Shown here piece by piece: positions 1 to 5,998 of a stretch of 64,000 bases of DNA (within the stretch, counting starts at the first letter, position 1; every line of letters begins with the position of its first letter). The DNA comes from Clostridia bacterium (GTDB taxonomy: Bacteria > Bacillota > Clostridia > Christensenellales > CAG-314). Location: the NCBI GenBank assembly GCA_017409765.1, contig JAFQSA010000044.1:4406-68405 (forward strand), in the 5' to 3' direction. A model generated the notes under the pieces. It saw only the letters and a program-made list of their open reading frames with translations. It had not been told where the DNA came from and searched no databases. The translations under genes were made by a program, and so were the position numbers.

Positions 1-32
1 CCAATTACAATACCTACTTCATTAGAAACCAT
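1..32 (-). CDS. 5' end of an unidentified gene running off the left edge (about 10 codons visible)
   Basis: Minus-strand ATG at 30-32 preceded by GGAGAAATAGACG. It overlaps the end of the 52-aa ORF upstream, continuing a chain of overlapping small minus-strand genes. Confidence 0.3.
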   Translation of the reverse strand, partial: MVSNEVGIVI

Positions 33-180
33 CGTCTATTTCTCCTTCCACATATTGTGGATTACTATTGCACTCGGTAATGTCACAATCCCAACATTCT
101 CCGTTGCATTTGTTAGCTATACTACAACTGTAAAAGTGCCTGCAAAGCAAGCACTTCTTTTTACTGTCGTTTCTACACAT
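22..180 (-). CDS. small Cys-rich protein, 52 aa (MCRNDSKKKCLLCRHFYSCSIANKCNGECWDCDITECNSNPQYVEGEIDDGF), phage-like, function unknown
   Basis: Not in the ORF track (<60 aa); hand-translated. ATG at 178-180 preceded by AAGGAG at 9 nt. The start overlaps the stop of the 173..412 gene. Nine Cys residues suggest a small metal-binding protein. Confidence 0.4.
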   Translation of the reverse strand: MCRNDSKKKCLLCRHFYSCSIANKCNGECWDCDITECNSNPQYVEGEIDDGF

Positions 181-412
181 ATTCATCAACTCCTTCATCA
201 AAGTCTTTTAGGTAAATAATGTCATCCCAGTGACCATATTCGAAGTAAAGACCATTTTCGTCTTCATATAGGTTGTATGTACCAAGTGTAATTTTGCCTT
301 GGTTTGTGATGGCAAGAGTAATAGTACTCTTGCCGATATCTACAATATTGAATTTAATGAAACACTCTCCATTGAAATGTTCAAATTCTTGCATGTAAAA
401 CTTGTTTTTCAT
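173..412 (-). CDS. hypothetical small protein (79 aa), phage-like
   Basis: The track ORF 173..421 begins at GTG. An internal ATG at 412 has GGAGG 8 nt upstream. It lies 3 nt from the stop of the upstream gene. Confidence 0.55.
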   Translation of the reverse strand: MKNKFYMQEFEHFNGECFIKFNIVDIGKSTITLAITNQGKITLGTYNLYEDENGLYFEYGHWDDIIYLKDFDEGVDEYV

Positions 413-424
413 CTTTAACACCTC

Positions 425-721
425 CTATTCAACTTCTTTGTACCAAACTAGGTAATTGAGTTCTACTTCTTTACTTTCTTTGCTACCATCTGGTCTTGTA
501 ACCATAACTTCAGCGATTTCGTAGTAAGCACCCTTGTATTCATCTTTGCTGTTAACAACTGGATGACAATACTTTGTAATGTCTTCAAACACCTTAATAT
601 ATGGTGCATTTTTCTTGCTATTAAGAGCAATCACCAAATCCGTATCGGTAAGATATCCGATACCTTTGAATGTGGAATTGGTTTTACCAATTCGAGTAAC
701 TGAGTAAACAACTTTTTTCAT
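425..721 (-). CDS. hypothetical protein (98 aa), phage-like
   Basis: ATG with AGGAGGA 6 nt upstream; first gene of a compact minus-strand mini-operon. Confidence 0.6.
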   Translation of the reverse strand: MKKVVYSVTRIGKTNSTFKGIGYLTDTDLVIALNSKKNAPYIKVFEDITKYCHPVVNSKDEYKGAYYEIAEVMVTRPDGSKESKEVELNYLVWYKEVE

Positions 722-848
722 TTTCTATCCTCCTTGGACGTTTATTTTTCGCCTTTCGGCAAATCCGACGGACCACGGTTGAAAGTTGTTTTCTTATTGT
801 TTTAGTGCGCAACGTATGTTGTCAACGAGCGAATAAAAAGTTTTTTTT

Positions 849-883
849 CAAAACAAAAAGAGCCAGGTAATTAACCTGACTCT
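849..883 (-). terminator. rho-independent terminator (minus strand)
   Basis: Hairpin AGAGtCAGGT-taatt-ACCTGgCTCT followed on the minus strand by TTTTTGTTTTG. It would end a minus-strand transcript covering about 890-1140. Confidence 0.5.
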
Positions 884-1110
884 AATGTAAGTAGTTATTC
901 AAAAAAGTTTTTACCGAAGCGACATTGACAAGATCTTGCAATTGTGGTACAAGGGTAAAATTTGACGGAAGGAGAAAAATGTCCAAGGAAGAAAGGATAG
1001 GAAATACAAGAAAAAAGGTGTGGCAGGAAGGCAACTCGAATAGAAAAAAACAATGGAGTAATATCTCATTTTTTTTGATTTAATTATAGATGGTGTAGTG
1101 CTATTCTTAA

Positions 1111-1139
1111 TTGACATTAGTATTGTGTTGTGATAGACT
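1111..1139 (+). promoter_or_regulatory. sigma-A-type promoter for the 1169 gene
   Basis: TTGACA (1111-1116), 17-nt spacer, TAGACT (1134-1139); GGAGGTGA RBS at 1155-1162. Confidence 0.45.
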
Positions 1140-1168
1140 TTTAGTGGTTTATTTGGAGGTGAGAATCC

Positions 1169-1870
1169 GTGGATGACTGGAACAAAAGACTACTAGAGAT
1201 TTCTGAAAAAATAGGACAGATGATGTTGTCTATTAATGATGCGGTGACGAAATTTACTGCGTCGGAAACATTTTCGAATTTAATAGATTTTCTTAGCAGT
1301 ATACCAAAGGATATACAAGAAACGGATCTATATAGGTCAATTTTACGTTTAGAAAAAGCTGAGGTTACATACGATACGGTTGAAGGATTCCAGGAATTAA
1401 TTGGTTATGTGTCATACGATATGTGTGTGAATGATTTAACGAGTGTGGAAGATAAGACTGAACTGGATAAGTACATTCTTTCTATTATTAGTTCTGAAAA
1501 TTTTATGTCGCGAGAAAAACTGGTGATACTTTTAGCGCATTTTGAAGAGTTGATATATCAAACAATTTCCCATACTCGAAAGTCTAATGATAAACTAAAA
1601 GTTATTGCGTCTAATTCTACTAAAAATATGCAGGGTATGAATTTTGACAACTACAGAAAATTAATAATATGTGGTATTATATTTATTGTTTTTTCTAATA
1701 CGGATAAATACGATTCGGAGATCGATAAGAGGATACCCTTTAGAAATAACATATTGCATCGTGGCACATTAAGCTATACAGACGATGAAGTGAAAAATGC
1801 ATATGAGTTGCTAGTATATTTCATTTTAGAGCTTAACATTATTGCGAAAAAACAGAAAACACGAAAGTAA
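1169..1870 (+). CDS. hypothetical protein with a C-terminal HEPN-like Rx4H motif (FRNNILHRG); possible Abi/toxin-type RNase
   Basis: 233-aa ORF with a GTG start 6 nt after GGAGGTGA. AT-rich, with codon usage unlike the core genes (many TTA/ATA/AGA). The R-N-x-x-x-H motif sits in a predicted helical C-terminal region. Confidence 0.7.
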   Translation: MDDWNKRLLEISEKIGQMMLSINDAVTKFTASETFSNLIDFLSSIPKDIQETDLYRSILRLEKAEVTYDTVEGFQELIGYVSYDMCVNDLTSVEDKTELDKYILSIISSENFMSREKLVILLAHFEELIYQTISHTRKSNDKLKVIASNSTKNMQGMNFDNYRKLIICGIIFIVFSNTDKYDSEIDKRIPFRNNILHRGTLSYTDDEVKNAYELLVYFILELNIIAKKQKTRK

Positions 1871-1901
1871 GTATTTATATTGAGAAAAAGAGTGGCTAAT
1901 T

Positions 1902-2033
1902 ATGCCAAACTTAAACGATTACAATGCCTATAAAAGTACAAATGGCGGCTCTGGAGGCGGTTGTCTTTCTCTTGTTCTTGTCATTATCGTTATCGTGGTT
2001 ATACTTTGTCTAATAGGCAAATGCTCAGCATAA
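1902..2033 (+). CDS. 43-aa membrane peptide (MPNLNDYNAYKSTNGGSGGGCLSLVLVIIVIVVILCLIGKCSA)
   Basis: Not in the ORF track; hand-translated. Polar N-terminus, Gly-rich linker and one strong TM helix. Lies 31 nt after the HEPN-motif gene stop and before the terminator at 2085; the SD is only weak (GAGTGG). Confidence 0.4.
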   Translation: MPNLNDYNAYKSTNGGSGGGCLSLVLVIIVIVVILCLIGKCSA

Positions 2034-2084
2034 TTTTTACAAGCGTGTAGCAGTACAACAAACAACTTAACATTGTAAATAAAA

Positions 2085-2121
2085 ACACCCCAAGAGTTTC
2101 AACTTTTGGGGTGTTTAATTT
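2085..2121 (+). terminator. rho-independent terminator
   Basis: ACACCCCAA / TTGGGGTGT stem followed by TTAATTT. Confidence 0.6.
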
Positions 2122-2247
2122 ATCAATAACAAACAAAAAGGCCTACAAGTTGCCTTGTAAGCCCTAAAAGTGTCTATTTTGTCCAATTGCCGTATTTATC
2201 TCGTTTTTGTGTCATCCAGAAAGTGGGTGTTGGCGCTTCAATAATTT

Positions 2248-2272
2248 GGGTGGGGAATATAATCCCCGCAAT
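2248..2272 (+). repeat. REP-like hairpin (degenerate family member)
   Basis: GGGTGGGGAATATAATCCCCGCAAT; same architecture as the GTAG-REP family described below. Confidence 0.4.
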
Positions 2273-2278
2273 ACCCCT

Positions 2279-2319
2279 AAAACAAAAATAAGTCGGCCGC
2301 ATTTTAGAATGCGACCGAC
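2279..2319 (-). terminator. rho-independent terminator downstream of tRNA-Ser
   Basis: Minus-strand GTCGGTCGCAT-tctaaa-ATGCGGCCGAC followed by TTATTTTTGTTTT. Confidence 0.6.
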
Positions 2320-2321
2320 AC

Positions 2322-2412
2322 TGGCGGAGAAAGAGGGATTTGAACCCTCGCTACGGTATCCCGTACTACACCCTTAGCAGGGGCGCCCCTTCGGCCTCTT
2401 GGGTATTTCTCC
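2322..2412 (-). tRNA. tRNA-Ser (anticodon GCU)
   Basis: Reverse complement reads GGAGAAATACCCAAGAGGCCGAAGGGGCGCCCCTGCTAAGGGTGTAGTACGGGATACCGTAGCGAGGGTTCAAATCCCTCTTTCTCCGCCA. It has a 7-bp acceptor stem, a long variable arm, a CTGCTAA anticodon loop, a T-loop GGTTCAAATCC and an encoded CCA. Confidence 0.9.
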
Positions 2413-2587
2413 ACATCCGGTATGCAAGTTTTTTCAGTTGCTAAAGTATTTTACCACAAAACAAATGTAAAGTAAAGCCATTTGACATACTTTTTTTGAT
2501 GTTTTTGACGCAGGTTTATCCTTTTGCTTCAAATGACAAAATGTTATAATTTTCTTCAAAAAATTGTCAATTTTGCGATAAAAATAT

Positions 2588-2616
2588 TTGCCAGATTTTA
2601 CTCGTTGTTGTAGAAT
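2588..2616 (+). promoter_or_regulatory. sigma-A-type promoter for the lipoprotein gene
   Basis: TTGCCA, 17-nt spacer, TAGAAT. Confidence 0.5.
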
Positions 2617-2645
2617 GATGTTGTAATTCTAAATAGGAGGCAACT

Positions 2646-4877
2646 ATGAAAAAACTCACTAAGATTGTTTTGCTTGTTGTGGTTTTGGTAATGTCGCTTG
2701 TTCTTGCAACTGCGTGCGAAACCTTGGCAAACCACGAACACAAACCAGACGAGGCTCTTTGGTTTTCCGATGGAACAAGCCACTGGCACGTTTGCACATT
2801 CAAAGGTTGTGCGGAAGAATTGGACAAAACCGCTTGCTCTGGTGGCACAGCTACCTATACCGAAAAGGCAACATGTTCCACTTGCGGTAACAGCTACGGC
2901 GACGTTTTGGAAGACGACCGTCCTTTGGCGGAAAGATTCGAGCACATCACCATCGCTCAAGCTTGCGAATTGGCAATCGCTGCAGGCGAAACCCCAACCG
3001 CAACGGAGTACACAATCGTTGGTACAATCGTAACAGTTTCCAACGGTCTCTACGGCGAAATGACCGTTCAAGACGAAACAGGATCCATTTATATCTACGG
3101 TTGCGAGTTTTCCGACGGCACATTGTATGGCGATGCGGAAGATAAGCCAGTAAAGGGCGATGTCGTGGCTATAAAGGGCGTTTTGAAAGCTTACAACGGA
3201 ACACCCGAAATGAGCACACAATCCAACAGAGCGGAAATTTTGGCCTTTAAACACATCAAGGTGGAAATTTCCACATCCGAGTACCCCGCAAAAACCATTG
3301 CCGAAGTTCGTGATGCTCAAAAGGATACAAAGGCAAAACTTACCGGCGTTGTTGCTGCCATCACCTATGCCAACGGCAAAAAGCCAAGCGGTGTAATTTT
3401 GGTGGACGATACCGCTTCCATCTATGTTTACAGCCAAGACGTTGCTCAACAAGTAAGCGTTGGTAACACAATCGAAGTTGCTGGCTCCAAGACCTACTGG
3501 ATTTTGGAAACGGAACAATCCTCTGCGCAAGCACACGGCTACATCGGCGCTTGCCAAATGGAAAACGCAGTGCTTGTTTCCAACGACCAAAAAGTTAGCG
3601 AGTTCGATAAATCTTGGATTGAAACCACAACTGTAAAAGAACTTTTGAACACAGGCTTCGACCAAAACGTCACATCTTTGGTAGTAAAGTCCACAGCAAT
3701 TGTTAACAAAGTAGTAGGCACGGGCTTTACCAACTACTACATCAACGATCTTGATGACAAAACAGGTTCCTACGTCTACACTCAATGCAACGGTTCCGAC
3801 TTTGCATGGTTGGACGAGTTTGATGGCAAAGTTTGCGAAGTTTACTACACTTTGCTCAACGCTAAGTCCACAGCCGCTGGTTGTGTATGGCGTTTGCTCC
3901 CTGTAAAAGTTAGCGAAATCAAGGGCTTCAGCTTCCCAGCAAGCGACGTTCCTGCATTTGCAATCGAGTACGGCGTTGTAGATTTGTTTGGCGAAGGTGT
4001 GTTTGGTGCAGACCCAATGATCACCCTTCCAAACAGCTACGATAACGATATTATCGGCGCAAGCAACGTAACACTTGCTTACCAATCTAGCGACACAGCC
4101 GTTGCAACAGTAACAACAGGTGCGGAAAACACAGTTTTGAACCTTGTTGGCGCAGGCGAGTGCAACATCACAGTAACAGCAACATTTGGTGCTCACACAG
4201 CAACAAAGACAATTGCTGTAACACTTGATCCATTGGCGGATATTCAAACTCCAACTGTAGCGGAAATCATCGCAACAGCCGATGGTACCGAAGTTACACT
4301 TCGTGGTATCGTTATGTCCTCTTTGGTAAACCAAGATGGCTTCTATCTTTGCGATGGTACTGGCATGATTGCAGTGAAAGTATCTAATGTTAACGATCTG
4401 GAAGGCATTAAACCTGGTAATGAAATTGTTGTTAAGGGTACAAAAACTCACATCACAAAAGATAATCCTATTGCTGGCCAATGCGTAATTGATAGTGCTG
4501 AGATTTTGGCTAACTACTATGGTCAACACGAGTATGACACAAGCTACTTTATCACCGACAAGACTATCACTGACTTGAGTGGTTTTGTTGATACCGATGA
4601 CTACACAACAAATGTTTACGTTTTGCAAGCAAAAATCATTGTAGAAACTGGCGCTTACTCTTCTACAATCAAATTGCAAGATCCAAACGGCAGTGCAACA
4701 TTGATGTTGTATAGCAGTGGTTCTAAACAATACAGCTGGCTTCTTCCATACGAAGGACAAACTGTAACAATGGAACTTGCAATGTGCAACTGGAATGCAA
4801 AGGGTTACAAAGCTTGCGTAATCTCCATAACAGTTGAAGGCAACAAGACTGTCAACACATTGAACTTTGCTCAATAA
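2646..4877 (+). CDS. surface lipoprotein with repeated OB-fold-like modules and a Big_2-like Ig domain
   Basis: AGGAGG RBS and signal peptide with lipobox LATAC. Recurring module signatures: GEMTVQDETGSIYIYG, SGVILVDDTASIYVYS, GFYLCDGTGMIAVKVS and TIKLQDPNGSATLMLYS. Ig-like stretch NVTLAYQSSDTAVATV...CNITVTA. Confidence 0.85.
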   Translation: MKKLTKIVLLVVVLVMSLVLATACETLANHEHKPDEALWFSDGTSHWHVCTFKGCAEELDKTACSGGTATYTEKATCSTCGNSYGDVLEDDRPLAERFEHITIAQACELAIAAGETPTATEYTIVGTIVTVSNGLYGEMTVQDETGSIYIYGCEFSDGTLYGDAEDKPVKGDVVAIKGVLKAYNGTPEMSTQSNRAEILAFKHIKVEISTSEYPAKTIAEVRDAQKDTKAKLTGVVAAITYANGKKPSGVILVDDTASIYVYSQDVAQQVSVGNTIEVAGSKTYWILETEQSSAQAHGYIGACQMENAVLVSNDQKVSEFDKSWIETTTVKELLNTGFDQNVTSLVVKSTAIVNKVVGTGFTNYYINDLDDKTGSYVYTQCNGSDFAWLDEFDGKVCEVYYTLLNAKSTAAGCVWRLLPVKVSEIKGFSFPASDVPAFAIEYGVVDLFGEGVFGADPMITLPNSYDNDIIGASNVTLAYQSSDTAVATVTTGAENTVLNLVGAGECNITVTATFGAHTATKTIAVTLDPLADIQTPTVAEIIATADGTEVTLRGIVMSSLVNQDGFYLCDGTGMIAVKVSNVNDLEGIKPGNEIVVKGTKTHITKDNPIAGQCVIDSAEILANYYGQHEYDTSYFITDKTITDLSGFVDTDDYTTNVYVLQAKIIVETGAYSSTIKLQDPNGSATLMLYSSGSKQYSWLLPYEGQTVTMELAMCNWNAKGYKACVISITVEGNKTVNTLNFAQ

Positions 4878-4930
4878 TCTTGGTAGCAACTTGCCATCAT
4901 AACGATGGCGCAAAAACTCAAAAATAAACC

Positions 4931-4969
4931 ACGTCCCCGCCAAAAATTACCGGTGGGGACGTTTTTTTG
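4931..4969 (+). terminator. rho-independent terminator
   Basis: ACGTCCCC...GGGGACGT stem plus a T7 run. Confidence 0.7.
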
Positions 4970-5056
4970 TTGAAATTTGATTACCAACAAAGCAAAAAAA
5001 ACACCTAGTGTTTTAGCGTATTGAAATCCAACTTGTCAAGCCCAAACTAACAAGCT

Positions 5057-5164
5057 GTAGGGGGGATACCATCCTCCCGTATGTTTAGCATTTCCAATTG
5101 TTTGTAGGTGATCTGCTATCCTTCAGCAAATATGTTTGCAGGGTATAACACCATTCTCCCGCAT
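5057..5164 (+). repeat. cluster of GTAG-headed REP-like hairpins (3 units, two degenerate)
   Basis: GTAGGGGGGATACCATCCTCCCGTAT (5057-5082), a degenerate unit at 5103-5130, and GCAGGGTATAACACCATTCTCCCGCAT (5138-5164). Confidence 0.7.
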
Positions 5165-5223
5165 GCTATCAACCCAAAACTAAACGTTTGAAAAATTGTT
5201 TTGCCTAGGCGTAATGGTTTTAT

Positions 5224-5256
5224 GCAAAAAAAGGCCACCTCAAACGAGATGGTCTT
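5224..5256 (-). terminator. terminator of the XRE gene (diverged copy of the hydA terminator)
   Basis: Minus-strand AGACCATCTC-gttt-GAGGTGGCCT followed by TTTTTTTG. Confidence 0.55.
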
Positions 5257-5320
5257 TCGTTACAAATTATGCAATTGCAATCAACAACCCACCACAAACA
5301 TGGGCGGGAGCGGGCACAAG

Positions 5321-5572
5321 CTAGGCAGTTTTTTCCTCAAACAGGTCCTCAATGGGTACGGAAAGTATTTTGGAAATGCAGTAAACTTCCTTGTCGGTAG
5401 CACCACGAAGTTGACCTTCCAACTTGGAGTAACTTGTTGGATTGATGTCGCATCCCATTGCTTGCAACTTTGCGATAAAATCCTTTTGCTTGATACCGCG
5501 TTGCTTTCTCATTTCTTCTACTCGTTTGCCCACCATGTTAGCATCACCGTAACTTTTCGTGCGAATTTTCAT
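5321..5572 (-). CDS. XRE-family helix-turn-helix transcriptional regulator (83 aa)
   Basis: HTH_3-like core GKRVEEMRKQRGIKQKDFIAKLQAMGCDINPTSYSKLE. The start was chosen at ATG 5572; the longer track ORF to 5653 has no support, and ATG 5536 is an alternative. Confidence 0.7.
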   Translation of the reverse strand: MKIRTKSYGDANMVGKRVEEMRKQRGIKQKDFIAKLQAMGCDINPTSYSKLEGQLRGATDKEVYCISKILSVPIEDLFEEKTA

Positions 5573-5657
5573 GCTTTTTCCCGTCCTTTTGATATTTTTC
5601 TGCATTATATACCAAAAAGACTTTGTTATAATTCCGCAAAAGAATTTTAACAAAAAA

Positions 5658-5670
5658 TGGTTCCAATTTG
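5658..5670. promoter_or_regulatory. perfect 6-1-6 palindrome TTCCAAATTGGAA upstream of the XRE gene (candidate operator)
   Basis: The palindrome is visible in the sequence about 85 nt upstream of the XRE start. Its role is inferred only. Confidence 0.25.
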
Positions 5671-5727
5671 GAATATTTTCAACAAAGGTACGCCCATTTC
5701 AAATGGCAACGCCCAAACGAATTTTTT

Positions 5728-5884
5728 GTAGTGGGATATTATCCCCACACGTTTCAGCAATCCCAATTGTTTGTATGGCAGGATATCATCTTCCATAATA
5801 TTTCAGCAACCCCAATGTGCTTGTATGGTAGAATACCATCTTCAAGCAAATGTACTTGTAGGGGAGGATATCATCCTCCCGCAT
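5728..5884 (+). repeat. four tandem GTAG-REP-like units (about 45-nt period)
   Basis: GTAGTGGGATATTATCCCCACAC, GTATGGCAGGATATCATCTTCCAT, GTATGGTAGAATACCATCTTCAAGC and GTAGGGGAGGATATCATCCTCCCGCAT. Confidence 0.75.
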
Positions 5885-5949
5885 GCTATCAACCCAAAAC
5901 CAAAGGTCGCAAAACTTGTTTTTTGCCGACACGTAGTCGTTTTTTTGCG

Positions 5950-5984
5950 CAAAAAAGACCACCTCAATCGAGATGGTCTTTTTG
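5950..5984 (-). terminator. terminator of the hydrogenase operon (bidirectional hairpin)
   Basis: AAGACCACCTC-aatc-GAGATGGTCTT flanked by an A-run and a T-run, 15 nt after the hydA stop. Confidence 0.65.
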
Positions 5985-5998
5985 TTTTATTGCAGGAA

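Noticed and set aside
911-1117. 68-aa hydrophobic minus-strand ORF, a candidate type I toxin.
   Set aside because: No SD precedes either Met. The hydrophobic F/S/L/P-rich sequence is simply the complement of a purine-rich tract. It is kept only as a possible antisense RNA in the findings.
2598-4943. 781-aa minus-strand ORF exactly antisense to the lipoprotein gene.
   Set aside because: It is a shadow ORF. Composition is Cys/Val/Phe-rich and non-protein-like, and there is no RBS. The sense strand has a clear signal peptide, domains and an SD. It arises because the sense strand avoids TTA/CTA/TCA codons.
5057-5884. A possible CRISPR array, given regularly spaced hairpin repeats (also at 20614-21135 and 51244-51782).
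   Set aside because: The repeats are degenerate rather than identical and the spacing is irregular (about 17-120 nt). The spacers are too short or shared between loci, no leader or cas genes are present, and the units are palindromic REP-type elements.
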